From Candidatus Omnitrophota bacterium (lineage in GTDB: Bacteria; Omnitrophota; Gorgyraeia; Gygaellales; Profunditerraquicolaceae): a stretch of DNA of 64,000 bases. Below, piece after piece: positions 30,440 through 40,142 of the stretch. A program made the translations under genes and the position numbers. Numbering within the stretch: the first letter of the stretch is position 1; every line of letters begins with the position of its first letter. Below the pieces are notes generated by a model. That model did no database searches. It had not been told where the DNA came from and worked only from the letters and a program-made list of their open reading frames with translations. The stretch covers positions 243 to 64,242 of the forward strand of contig JAPLLX010000007.1 of the NCBI GenBank assembly GCA_026387335.1, given 5' to 3'.

Positions 30440-31537
30440 TTAAGGCAGCCGGTTGATTAAAGAGATACTGAAGGCAAGAGCGATTATATGGGCCAGAGAA
30501 GCAGCCAGAAACGGCGGGAGGACCCCCCCGCGGCCTATAGCGATACACACCGCATCGACTATATAATATAAAAATCCCACGATAATTGAAATCCCGATAG
30601 AAGAAATGCCGGTGGCGCGTTTTTGGATCATCAGGGAAAAAGGTATTCCCAGTAGGATTATCACTAAGCTAGCGAAGGGCGCGGTAAATTTCTGATAGAG
30701 GTCTATTTTTAAGTTGCGGATAACCGTTGTTGCTCCGCTGCGGGATAGTTTCCAGATATAATTATCCAATTGATTAATGGTCATATATTCCGGACGCTGC
30801 CTTTGGGCCAGAAAATCATTCGGCGTCTCCGGTATCGTCATTATTTCTTCATCCAGGTATTGCGGTTCTTCAATGATTTGGCCGTTACGGTCAAAGTTGT
30901 AAGTGATTGACTGGTAAAATTTCCACAGCCCATCCTCATAGACGCCCTTGTTGGCCACCACCTTACGGGTCAGGTTCTGCTCTTCGTCCTGCTCAAGTAT
31001 GATTATCCCGTCCATTGTTTTAGTCGAGGGGTAAAACTTGTTGACAAAGAAAAGCCTGTTTTTTGAGCCGTACATGGAAAGGTTGATCAGCGACTCGGTT
31101 TTTTCTTTCTTGCCTATTTTGCCTTCGGCCATTTTGGCCTGTATTCTTTTGGTTTCCAGCATTGCCTGTGGCGCAAAACGGTCGTTGATCCAGAAAACAA
31201 GCAGGCTTATCATAATACCAAAGAGGATAACTGTTTTGGCAATATAAAAGATACTTAAGCCGGACGCGCGCATAGCTATGATTTCGTTATTATGGTTGAG
31301 TTTGCTGAAAGTATAGAGCGTGCTTAAAAGGCAGGCAAAAGGAGCCACCTGAACAAACATGATCGGCAGGTAGGTTAAATAATATTTGATCAGGAGCGTG
31401 TAATGGGTCTGCTGCCTTAGGATATCATCCAGATGCGAAAGCACGTCGATTACTACGTACATAAAGAGGAAGACGAATATGCAGGAGACAAAAATAGAGA
31501 CGACCGATTTTAAGATATATCTGTCTAGGATACGCAT
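30440..31537 (-). CDS. lptG: LPS export ABC permease LptG (YjgP/YjgQ family)
   Basis: YjgP/YjgQ topology. Paired with preceding paralog. Confidence 0.7.
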   Translation of the reverse strand: MRILDRYILKSVVSIFVSCIFVFLFMYVVIDVLSHLDDILRQQTHYTLLIKYYLTYLPIMFVQVAPFACLLSTLYTFSKLNHNNEIIAMRASGLSIFYIAKTVILFGIMISLLVFWINDRFAPQAMLETKRIQAKMAEGKIGKKEKTESLINLSMYGSKNRLFFVNKFYPSTKTMDGIIILEQDEEQNLTRKVVANKGVYEDGLWKFYQSITYNFDRNGQIIEEPQYLDEEIMTIPETPNDFLAQRQRPEYMTINQLDNYIWKLSRSGATTVIRNLKIDLYQKFTAPFASLVIILLGIPFSLMIQKRATGISSIGISIIVGFLYYIVDAVCIAIGRGGVLPPFLAASLAHIIALAFSISLINRLP

Positions 31538-32631
31538 AATCTAAAGGTTAGGATTGAGCCGAGTGTCCCGAATATTATATTGGGGATCCAAATGGCCAGG
31601 GCCGGGTTGATAGCGCCTTGTATCCCTAAGGATTCGCATCCGATAAGCAGCGGATAATAGACCACGATAATGAGTATGGCAATACCGATATTAATGGATT
31701 TTTCCCTGCGCCGGGTAATTATGGCCAGGGGTATACCCATAAGTATAAAGACAAGGCAGGAGAAGGCGAGGGTCAATTTCTCGTGGATCTCATTGATGAG
31801 CGGAGCGGGGTTTATGCCTTCTTTTCTTAATTTCTTTACTTCTTTACTTAATTCCTGGATGGTCATCTCTTTATATTTTTTTTCTATATTAGTGTTTTTT
31901 TGCGCGTCAGCCATGTTTAAATTCATAAAGTAGGTCTTAAAATTGAGCTTATAAAAATTAGTCGGGTTATTCGGGTCAGGCTCATCGCTTGTGCCGTCCA
32001 TAAGTTTTAATTTTACGTTATTTTTCTCCGGGACGCTTATAAACTCACCGCTTCTGGCAACGATTGTGCGCGTAGGCTTATCTTCTCCCTGGGGCTCATA
32101 TATGCGCACATTAAGCAGCCGGTTACGTTTTTGGTCCACCTTATAGATAAAAAGCACGTATTTCTGGAAGGAATTAATAAAAACCCCTTCTTCAAACGCG
32201 GCTGTCGGGTTTTTTACGCCTATTTCAATCAAGGTCTTGCGGTATTCATAATGCGCGTAGGATGCTGCCCGGTCATTGAACAAGACCAGGCCCAGGCTTA
32301 GGATCAACCCCAACGTAAGCACGGGGAGTATGAGTTTAAAAATATTTATGCCGCTGGCCCTTATGGCGATAATCTCATTATCGCTGGAGAGCCTTCCCAG
32401 GGACATAAGCACGGCGACGAGGATAGAGATAGGCAGGGCATAGGTGATTATATAAGGAGTCATCAGCAGAAATACTTTGATCACGCTGATTATATCCACG
32501 CCTTTATTGATGACCAGGTCAGCGATCTTTTTTAAGTTGCCTACTACGACCATAACGAAGCTTAAAACCCCCAGGGTCAGGAAGAAGGGGCCGATAAATT
32601 CTTTTAACAGGTAATTACGCAGTATTCGCAT
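31525..32631 (-). CDS. lptF: LPS export ABC permease LptF (YjgP/YjgQ family)
   Basis: YjgP/YjgQ topology. Confidence 0.7.
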   Translation of the reverse strand: MRILRNYLLKEFIGPFFLTLGVLSFVMVVVGNLKKIADLVINKGVDIISVIKVFLLMTPYIITYALPISILVAVLMSLGRLSSDNEIIAIRASGINIFKLILPVLTLGLILSLGLVLFNDRAASYAHYEYRKTLIEIGVKNPTAAFEEGVFINSFQKYVLFIYKVDQKRNRLLNVRIYEPQGEDKPTRTIVARSGEFISVPEKNNVKLKLMDGTSDEPDPNNPTNFYKLNFKTYFMNLNMADAQKNTNIEKKYKEMTIQELSKEVKKLRKEGINPAPLINEIHEKLTLAFSCLVFILMGIPLAIITRRREKSINIGIAILIIVVYYPLLIGCESLGIQGAINPALAIWIPNIIFGTLGSILTFRLCVS

Positions 32632-32634
32632 ATT

Positions 32635-33360
32635 TTAATTGGCTAAAGTCAATACAAAGACTATATTTGCTCCGGCATTTTTCATTGTGTGGGCCGCTTC
32701 GGAAGAGGTGGCGCCGGTAGTCAGGACATCATCAACTAACAATACATTCTTATTCCTTAAATCATAACTAGCCGCGACGGAAAAGCTCTCTTTTACATTC
32801 AGGAAGCGTTTATTTATAGGCAGTTCTGTCTGGGTCCGCGTCAGCCGATGCCGGATAAGGGCCTGGGGTGCTAAGTTTTTATTAAACTCAGTCGCGATAT
32901 GCCTGCTTAAGGCTTCCGCCTGGTTAAACTCTCTTTCGCGCAAACGCGTTTTATGTAACGGCATAGGGATTATAAAGTCCAGGTAATCAATAGGCAGGTC
33001 ATATTCCCTGATAAATTCAGTCATTAGCTTACTTAAAGGCTTAGCCAGATGCGCCTTGCCTTTATATTTAAATTCATGGATCAATTCTTTTATCACTCCT
33101 TCATATAAGCAGGGGCTAAAGGCGCGGTCAAAACTTAAAGCCTTTTTTAAGCAACCCAGGCAGATATTTTTATGCAGGCTATCTTTCTCCAGGTGCCTTC
33201 CGCAGCTTGAGCAGAAAGGAGGGATATTCCTCTTAATTTTGAGCCGGCATGAGCCGCAGATGTATTCTTCTGTTGCTTGAGCCGTAAGCTTGTGTTTACA
33301 GCTCAAGCACGTTTTTGGATACGCGATATCCGTTAATCCCCGGATAAAACGACGCAACAT
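32635..33360 (-). CDS. comFC: ComF-family protein (double zinc ribbon + phosphoribosyltransferase)
   Basis: CxxC pairs in the N-terminal region and C-terminal PRTase motif VLLVDDVLTTGAT. Confidence 0.75.
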   Translation of the reverse strand: MLRRFIRGLTDIAYPKTCLSCKHKLTAQATEEYICGSCRLKIKRNIPPFCSSCGRHLEKDSLHKNICLGCLKKALSFDRAFSPCLYEGVIKELIHEFKYKGKAHLAKPLSKLMTEFIREYDLPIDYLDFIIPMPLHKTRLREREFNQAEALSRHIATEFNKNLAPQALIRHRLTRTQTELPINKRFLNVKESFSVAASYDLRNKNVLLVDDVLTTGATSSEAAHTMKNAGANIVFVLTLAN

Positions 33361-33405
33361 AAAGATATGATAACAGCTAATTTACTAAAAGTCAAAAGTA
33401 AAAAG

Positions 33406-33434
33406 TTGACACAGGCAGTTAAGGATAGTAGAAT
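33406..33434 (+). promoter_or_regulatory. Consensus-like promoter TTGACA-N17-TAGAAT; -10 ends 9 nt before pyrE ATG (leaderless)
   Basis: Direct reading: ttgacac aggcagttaaggatag tagaat aaataaact ATG. Confidence 0.45.
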
Positions 33435-33443
33435 AAATAAACT

Positions 33444-34001
33444 ATGGGCAACGGTATAAAAGAATTAAAAACCCAGCTACTAGCGCTCCTGGATAAAGAG
33501 GCGTTAAAAAGGGGTAATTTTGTCCTCTCTAGCGGTAAAACCAGCAATTATTATCTTGATGGCCGCGTAATCACCCTGACTCCCGAAGGCGCGTATCTGG
33601 TGGCGAGTATTATACTGGAGCTGCTTAAGGATAAAAAAATAGACGCGCTGGGCGGCCCGACTTTAGGGGCAGACCCTATAGTGGGAGCGGTTGCCTGCCT
33701 TAGCCACATGAAAAATATTCCTTTAAAGACGTTTATTGTAAGAAAAGCGACTAAAGAGCATGGTATGACCCGTCAGATTGAGGGCCCGGAGATAAAAAAA
33801 GGGAGCCGGGTAATTTTGGTTGATGATGTGGCGACAACCGGAAAAGCCCTCCTGGAAGCAAAACATGCCCTGGATAAGATCGGCGTCATTGCCGATACTG
33901 CCCTGGTCATTGTAGATAGATGCGCAGGCGCCACAGAGAACTTAAGTAAAGAAGGTTTGCAGCTGGAATCTATATTTACTATAAAGGATTTCGGTCTCTA
34001 G
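33444..34001 (+). CDS. pyrE: Orotate phosphoribosyltransferase
   Basis: PRTase motif VILVDDVATTG. Confidence 0.85.
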   Translation: MGNGIKELKTQLLALLDKEALKRGNFVLSSGKTSNYYLDGRVITLTPEGAYLVASIILELLKDKKIDALGGPTLGADPIVGAVACLSHMKNIPLKTFIVRKATKEHGMTRQIEGPEIKKGSRVILVDDVATTGKALLEAKHALDKIGVIADTALVIVDRCAGATENLSKEGLQLESIFTIKDFGL

Positions 34002-34016
34002 GGGCCTCTAAACAAA

Positions 34017-35258
34017 GTGTTAAAAAAAAAGATAATAGTAGTCGGCGCAGGCCCAGCCGGAATGATGGCTGCGATAAAAGCGGGCTCACTAGCTCAAGAA
34101 GTAATCCTCGTTGATAAAAATCCATCCTTAGGCAAGAAACTCCTCCTTAGCGGTAAAGGCCGCTGTAATTTAACCAACGCCAGCGATCTAGACTCATTCT
34201 TAAAAAGATTCTCCAAAAACGGGGAATTCTTAAGGGATGCCTTTAAGAAATTCTTTAACCAGGAGCTGATGGATTTTTTCCAGGAGAGAGGGCTGCCCCT
34301 AAAAGTAGAGAGGCAGTTACGCGTTTTTCCGGTTACGGATAGTTCAAACAGCATCGTAAATACGCTGGAGAAAGAATTGCTTAAGCAGAATGTAAAGATC
34401 AAGCTTAATTCCAAAGCAACAGATGTGTTGGTAGAAAATAATCAGATCAAGGGGCTGTATTTAGAGGAGGAAGAGTTTATTCCTTGTGACAAAATAATTT
34501 TAGCCACCGGAGGCGTCTCTTATAGTTTTACCGGCTCAACCGGCGAGGGTTTGGAATTGGCCAAAAAAACAGGCCATAATATTGTAGCCTTACGGCCGGG
34601 CCTGGTCCCGTTAGTCGTGAGTGAAAAATATATTAAAACATTAGAAGGCCTGACCTTAAAAAACATCCGCCTTAAATTTGGCGCGGGCAGAAAGGAGATT
34701 ATCTCCGAGGTCGGGGAGTTGTTATTTACAAGTTTTGGGATATCCGGACCGTTAGTCCTTACTCTCAGCGCTAAGATAGCGAATTGGTTGGCTGACAAGA
34801 AGGAAGTCTTTGCCGATATAGATTTAAAACCGGGGTTAACGGTTGAGCAACTCTCTGCCCGTTTTTTGCGGGAATTTAAGACTAACGCCAAGAAGGGGAT
34901 TAAAAATGTTATGAAGAGTTTATTGCCTATAAAGTTGATTGATTTGTTTATGGAGTTGGCAAAAATAAATCCGCATAAAAAGGCCAATCAGGTTACGCAA
35001 AAGGAACGCGAGACGCTTGTCACTTTGCTTAAGGGCTGGCGTTTAAATATCTCCGGCACAAGGCCGATAGAAGAGGGGATGGTCACCCAGGGCGGAGTTT
35101 CTTTAAAAAACATCAACCCGCGTACTATGGAATCGCGGATAATTAAGGGGTTGTATTTTTGCGGAGAGATGATTGATGTGGACGCGGATACCGGAGGATT
35201 TAACCTTCAGGCGGCATTCTCTACCGGATACTTAGCAGGAGAAAGCGCGGCATTATGA
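34017..35258 (+). CDS. HI0933/BaiN-family NAD(P)/FAD-dependent oxidoreductase
   Basis: GAGPAGMMAA Rossmann motif and HI0933-like pattern. Confidence 0.75.
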   Translation: MLKKKIIVVGAGPAGMMAAIKAGSLAQEVILVDKNPSLGKKLLLSGKGRCNLTNASDLDSFLKRFSKNGEFLRDAFKKFFNQELMDFFQERGLPLKVERQLRVFPVTDSSNSIVNTLEKELLKQNVKIKLNSKATDVLVENNQIKGLYLEEEEFIPCDKIILATGGVSYSFTGSTGEGLELAKKTGHNIVALRPGLVPLVVSEKYIKTLEGLTLKNIRLKFGAGRKEIISEVGELLFTSFGISGPLVLTLSAKIANWLADKKEVFADIDLKPGLTVEQLSARFLREFKTNAKKGIKNVMKSLLPIKLIDLFMELAKINPHKKANQVTQKERETLVTLLKGWRLNISGTRPIEEGMVTQGGVSLKNINPRTMESRIIKGLYFCGEMIDVDADTGGFNLQAAFSTGYLAGESAAL

Positions 35259-36601
35259 AAAATATATATTTAGCTTCTCACTCTAAGGCTCGCCAAAAAT
35301 TATTAAAATCACTGGGCCTGAAATTTAAAGTCCTTCCCGCTAGAATTAAAGAGAGAAGGAGCGCAAAAGGGATATCCTATGCTGACCTTGTAAAGCTAAA
35401 CGCGCGCCAGAAAGCCGAAACTGCTTCCCGAAAAGTAAAGTCCGGGATTATTATTGCCGCGGATACGATTCTGGTCCAGGACGGCAAAATATATGGTAAG
35501 CCCAAAGACTTAAAAAGCGCCCGGCGCATGCTTAAAACAATATCCGCCAAACCGCAAACTGTCTATACCGGTATTGCCGTAATAAAAAAGGGAGAGGGCA
35601 GGGAAAAAATACTGCTGGATTACGAAAAGACCGATGTTTATATGGATAAGTTAAGCGATAAAGATATAGATGCTTATTTTAAGAAAGTTTCTCCTTTAGA
35701 TAAAGCCGGAAGTTTTGACATCCAGGCCAAAGGCGCTCTTTTTATCCGGGGGGTGAGGGGCTGTTTCTATAATGTGGTAGGTCTGCCTTTAAGAAAACTT
35801 TATACGATGTTTAAAAAACTGGATATAAGGTTATATTTGTTTTTTCTGGCTCTGGTTTTCTTAGCCGGTTGTTCTACGGAATATAATATCGTTACCGGAG
35901 AACAGGAGGTCTACTACTATAGCACGGATAAAGAAGTCCAGATGGGCCAGGCTGTTGCCCGGGAAGTGGCCAAGCAATATAAATACACCGATGACCCGCT
36001 GTTACAAAAGCGGGTTGAGGATATCGGTAAGAAAATAGTCGCGGTGAGCGATAGGAAAGAAATAGATTACCATTTTTTTGTATTAGACGAGGATGAGGTA
36101 AATGCCGTTTCCCTGCCCGGAGGTTATGTTTATATATTTAAGGGGTTAGTGGATAAAGTAGCTAACGATGATGAGCTGGCCGGAGTCATAGCCCACGAAG
36201 TCGGCCATATAGTCGCTCGCCACAGCATCAAGAAACTGCAGGCCCTTCAGGGTTATTCCATATTAAGAATACTTGTAGCGGCAGCCCCGTCTTCGGGCGA
36301 AGTAGGAAATGCCGCGGATGTCGCTTTTACCGAGCTGCTTCTAGGCTATTCCCGGGAAGATGAACTGCTGGCTGATCAGTTAGGCGCTCGGTACATAAAA
36401 TCAGCCGGGTATGACCCGCATGCTATGATTTCATTTTTACAGAAACTTCAGGAGGTCAATCGCCGAAGGCCTCTTCAGCCAAAATCATATTATAAAACTC
36501 ACCCCTATACTCCGGACAGGATCAGGGTAGTCAAGGAAGAATTGGGAGAGCGGATTGATTTTGACGATTACATTAATATTGAACAAAATAAACATAAGTA
36601 G
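35255..36601 (+). CDS. maf: In-frame fusion: Maf nucleotide pyrophosphatase (aa 1-184) + lipoprotein M48 Zn-peptidase (YcaL/LoiP-like, internal Met at nt 35807)
   Basis: Maf N-terminus LASHSKARQKLL. Then MFKKLDIRLYLFFLALVFLAGCS lipobox signal. Then HEVGH M48 motif. No stop between. Confidence 0.6.
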   Translation: MKNIYLASHSKARQKLLKSLGLKFKVLPARIKERRSAKGISYADLVKLNARQKAETASRKVKSGIIIAADTILVQDGKIYGKPKDLKSARRMLKTISAKPQTVYTGIAVIKKGEGREKILLDYEKTDVYMDKLSDKDIDAYFKKVSPLDKAGSFDIQAKGALFIRGVRGCFYNVVGLPLRKLYTMFKKLDIRLYLFFLALVFLAGCSTEYNIVTGEQEVYYYSTDKEVQMGQAVAREVAKQYKYTDDPLLQKRVEDIGKKIVAVSDRKEIDYHFFVLDEDEVNAVSLPGGYVYIFKGLVDKVANDDELAGVIAHEVGHIVARHSIKKLQALQGYSILRILVAAAPSSGEVGNAADVAFTELLLGYSREDELLADQLGARYIKSAGYDPHAMISFLQKLQEVNRRRPLQPKSYYKTHPYTPDRIRVVKEELGERIDFDDYINIEQNKHK

Positions 36602-36612
36602 GCTAAATTTAT

Positions 36613-37602
36613 ATGAATAATCCTTTCGGGGTATTGGAATTTTTGCACTGGAACCATCCCTGGAATAATTATAAGTATTCCAGCCCGGCGCACTGGCAAA
36701 AGGTAATAAAGCTGATGAAAGAAGCGGGAGTCGGCTGGGTGAGGATGGATTTCTTGTGGCAGGATATTGAACCCAAGGAAGGTAAGAGCGTATTTGATAA
36801 ATATGATCAGGTCGTAGATTTATTAAATAAGAATAAGATACATATTCTGGGTATTCTTAATTATGGCGTTGAATGGGCTGGGGACTCTAAAAAATGGAAC
36901 TGCCCGCCGAAAGATAACAATCTTTTTGTTAAATACGCTGTCAGGGTAATCCGGCGTTATAAGGATAAAATAAAACATTGGGAGGTTTGGAATGAGCCTG
37001 ACTCCGGAGTTTACTGGTCAGCTCAGGACGGATTAAAGAGCTATTGCGCTTTGCTCAAGTCTGTCTATATCGCCGCTAAAAAGGTTGATCCGGATTGTAA
37101 AATCTTAAACGGCGGTTTAGCCAACGGCTCAAACAGCATTAACAACCTTTATGCTAATGGCGCCAGGAAATATTTTGATATCCTGAACCTGCATTTTTTT
37201 GAAACTCCTTTGCATAAAGGGGGAATAAAGGGGGTAAGCGCTTATACAAAATTGGCCCGTAAGATAATGGTCCGCAACGGCGATGGAAATAAGAAGATAT
37301 GGCTTACTGAAACCGGCTGCCCCGGAGTTAAGCGGGGCCTGAAGACCGGTAATTGGTGGATAGGTAAGAACCCCAGTGAAAGAGAGCAGGCTTCCTGGGT
37401 CAGAAAAGTTTATACTGAATTGCTTAAGAATAAGAATGTAGAGAAGGTCTTTTGGGCATTTTTCCGCGATTGTTCAGGCCATTGGGATAATGGCGTGGAT
37501 TATTTTGGCCTGGTCCGTTGGGATTATTCCCGTAAACCCGCGTTTAAAGCCTATAAAGAATGTTTTAATAAATGGAAAAAAGGAAAAAATGCGAAAAATT
37601 AA
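36613..37602 (+). CDS. Clan GH-A glycoside hydrolase (GH5/GH39-like)
   Basis: WEVWNEPD (acid/base Glu) and IWLTETG (nucleophile Glu). Confidence 0.6.
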   Translation: MNNPFGVLEFLHWNHPWNNYKYSSPAHWQKVIKLMKEAGVGWVRMDFLWQDIEPKEGKSVFDKYDQVVDLLNKNKIHILGILNYGVEWAGDSKKWNCPPKDNNLFVKYAVRVIRRYKDKIKHWEVWNEPDSGVYWSAQDGLKSYCALLKSVYIAAKKVDPDCKILNGGLANGSNSINNLYANGARKYFDILNLHFFETPLHKGGIKGVSAYTKLARKIMVRNGDGNKKIWLTETGCPGVKRGLKTGNWWIGKNPSEREQASWVRKVYTELLKNKNVEKVFWAFFRDCSGHWDNGVDYFGLVRWDYSRKPAFKAYKECFNKWKKGKNAKN

Positions 37603-39166
37603 AGAATTCATCCGCGCCTGCGAAGAGAGCCGCTTAGGTTTTGGTTTATGGATAACATCAGCTTTGTTTATAATCCTTATTCGCGATTCCATTGAGAGCC
37701 TGGTCAGCACGAATTCCTTCCCGCCGCTAAATGCCTTCCATTTTCTGCATGTCCCGGTATTCTTTCTAACGGCGCTTTTGTCAATAATTATCCTGCTGCG
37801 TTTGTTCACCAAAGAAGATATTCTAAAAGTCTCAAAAATATGCCTTTTCTTTTTTGCGGTGATAATCTTTCCGGCTGGCCTGGATTTAATAGTCTCTTTA
37901 ATAACTAAGACCAATATATCGTACGGTTATATTGACCAGAATGTTATAAGGTCAGTTACGAATTTCTTTAATCCGATTTATAAGATTCCCGCTGTTCCCT
38001 ACAGCCTGCGCCTGGAAATCTTATTTATTTGTATTTTCTCTTTTCTATATATACAGATCAAGACTAATAAAATATTTCTTTCTATCCTGGGGGCATTCTT
38101 AGTTTTTTGTTTGTGCACTCTTTACGGAGCCTTACCCGGATTATTGGTAAGCGCTTTCGTAAAGGTAATCGCTTTCCTGTTTCACATTTTTCATCCTTTG
38201 TTCTTTGGAAAGGAAGTCAGGGGTGTGGTGGATGAAAATATTATAGTCATAGTCGAACTGATTTTGGCTTCTTTAGCAGCCGGGTTATGGTTTTGGCTTT
38301 ATGACCCCAAAAAATTCCAGGTTGTCCTGAAAGATTTCAGGTTCAACCGCTACTTTTGCTGCTTTATATTACTGACAATAGGCGTGGGATTGTATCTATA
38401 CTCAGCTAAAGGCTTAGATGTCTTTATCGGGCTTAAGATTTTAGCCATGTTCTTAGCTTTATTCTTCGCTGTGCGTTTTTCGGCGCTGCTCAACGATATA
38501 TTTGACGTAGATTGCGACAGGGTCTCCAATAAGGAGAGGCCGTTAGTAAGCGGAATAATCAGCGCCGGCGAATATCTAAAGGTCGGTTTAGTTTATTTAA
38601 CTTTTTCTTTATTTTTTAGCATCTGGGTAAGTCAGAATTGCTTTGTGCTTAATCTGCTTTTTATAGGAGTATATTTCTTATATTCTGTCCCGCCTTTTAG
38701 GCTCAAGCGTTTTTTTGTCTTCTCTTCTTTGATTACCGGGCTACAGGCATTATTGATCCTGTTAATGGGTCAGGTCTCATTAGCCAAGGATGATACCACT
38801 GTATTATTGTATCCGCCTTTATTATGGTTGGCCTTCCTGATTTTCTTCTTAGGTTCCAATATAAAAGACTTAAAAGATATAGAAGGGGATAGGCTTTGCG
38901 GAGTTTATTCTCTGCCGGTTATCTTCGGAGAGAGGAAAGCCAGGAAAATAATAGGCTTTTTGGTATTTTTAAGCTATCTTTTGTTCCCGGTATTCCTGGC
39001 GGATGTCATCTGGGATATTAAAATAACCGCGCTCTCTTTAATTTTCGCTTTCTTGAGCTATTTTTATATCCGTAAGCCGGATTCAAATGAGCGGATAATA
39101 TTTCTACTCTATTTTCTCTATGTATTTATCGCCGCCTGCTTTTTTATTTTTCCTATTGGAGGATAA
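37589..39166 (+). CDS. UbiA-family prenyltransferase with ~280-aa N-terminal polytopic extension (start at MRKIKEF; listed ORF start 37490 overlaps GH gene)
   Basis: NDIFDVDCDRVSNKERPLVSG (NDxxDxxxD...R) and DIEGDR second Asp-rich motif, more than 14 TM helices. Confidence 0.6.
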   Translation: MRKIKEFIRACEESRLGFGLWITSALFIILIRDSIESLVSTNSFPPLNAFHFLHVPVFFLTALLSIIILLRLFTKEDILKVSKICLFFFAVIIFPAGLDLIVSLITKTNISYGYIDQNVIRSVTNFFNPIYKIPAVPYSLRLEILFICIFSFLYIQIKTNKIFLSILGAFLVFCLCTLYGALPGLLVSAFVKVIAFLFHIFHPLFFGKEVRGVVDENIIVIVELILASLAAGLWFWLYDPKKFQVVLKDFRFNRYFCCFILLTIGVGLYLYSAKGLDVFIGLKILAMFLALFFAVRFSALLNDIFDVDCDRVSNKERPLVSGIISAGEYLKVGLVYLTFSLFFSIWVSQNCFVLNLLFIGVYFLYSVPPFRLKRFFVFSSLITGLQALLILLMGQVSLAKDDTTVLLYPPLLWLAFLIFFLGSNIKDLKDIEGDRLCGVYSLPVIFGERKARKIIGFLVFLSYLLFPVFLADVIWDIKITALSLIFAFLSYFYIRKPDSNERIIFLLYFLYVFIAACFFIFPIGG

Positions 39167-39169
39167 GGT

Positions 39170-40120
39170 ATGCTTAAGCCGATAATTAACTGGCTGGTAT
39201 TTGATGTTCTTAAAATGCGGCAAGGGTCTTTGTTTTCCGAAGCCCTGAACTTTTTCCTCTATGACACGATTAAGATATTCTTTTTGTTGACCGGCATTAT
39301 CTTTGTTGTCGCCATCATCAGGACGTTTTTCTCGCCAGAGAAAACCCGGGCGATTTTAAGCAAAAGCCAAGGCTATTGGGGCAACGTGTTGGCGGCGCTT
39401 TTAGGAATCGTGACGCCTTTTTGCTCGTGTAGCGCAGTCCCCTTATTCTTGGGTTTTTTAGAGGCAGGGGTTTCATTGGGAGTAACGTTTTCTTTTTTAG
39501 TGGCTTCGCCTATGATTAATGAAGTGGCGCTGGTTATGCTATGGGGGCTTTTTGGTTGGAAAATATCCTTTATCTATATCGGTAGCGGGCTGGCTATAGC
39601 TATTTTTTCAGGAATAGTCATCGGTAAACTTAAAGTTGAAGGATTAGTTGAACAACTCGCTCATGTCAAGCAGGGGTGCTGTGCTCAATCAATCAGTATG
39701 GCGTTTAAAGATAGGATTGCTTACGCTAAGGAATATACGGGGAATATTTTGAAGAGTATATGGCTGTTTGTAATTATTGGCATTGGTTTGGGGGCGTGGA
39801 TTCATGGATATGTGCCGGCAGATTTTCTGGCGAGGTATGCAGGCAGGGAAAATTGGTTTGCCGTGCCTTTGGCGACGCTTATCGGCATTCCTCTTTATTC
39901 TAACGCAGCCGGGGTTATCCCTCTGGTCAGCGCATTAACCGAAAAAGGCGTAGCTATGGGAACGGCGCTTTCTTTTATGATGGCAGTAACTGCGCTTTCG
40001 CTGCCAGAATTTATAATACTGCGAAAAGCTATGAAATTGAAGTTGCTTGTAATTTTTGCTTCGGTCGTGGGTATAGGAATTATATTTACGGGATATATGT
40101 TTAATTTTATTCTCAAATAA
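39170..40120 (+). CDS. arsP: DUF318/ArsP-like permease (organoarsenical efflux family)
   Basis: TPFCSCSAVP motif characteristic of ArsP/DUF318. Adjacent ACR3. Confidence 0.6.
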   Translation: MLKPIINWLVFDVLKMRQGSLFSEALNFFLYDTIKIFFLLTGIIFVVAIIRTFFSPEKTRAILSKSQGYWGNVLAALLGIVTPFCSCSAVPLFLGFLEAGVSLGVTFSFLVASPMINEVALVMLWGLFGWKISFIYIGSGLAIAIFSGIVIGKLKVEGLVEQLAHVKQGCCAQSISMAFKDRIAYAKEYTGNILKSIWLFVIIGIGLGAWIHGYVPADFLARYAGRENWFAVPLATLIGIPLYSNAAGVIPLVSALTEKGVAMGTALSFMMAVTALSLPEFIILRKAMKLKLLVIFASVVGIGIIFTGYMFNFILK

Positions 40121-40142
40121 AAAAGTATAAGGAGAGATAGCG

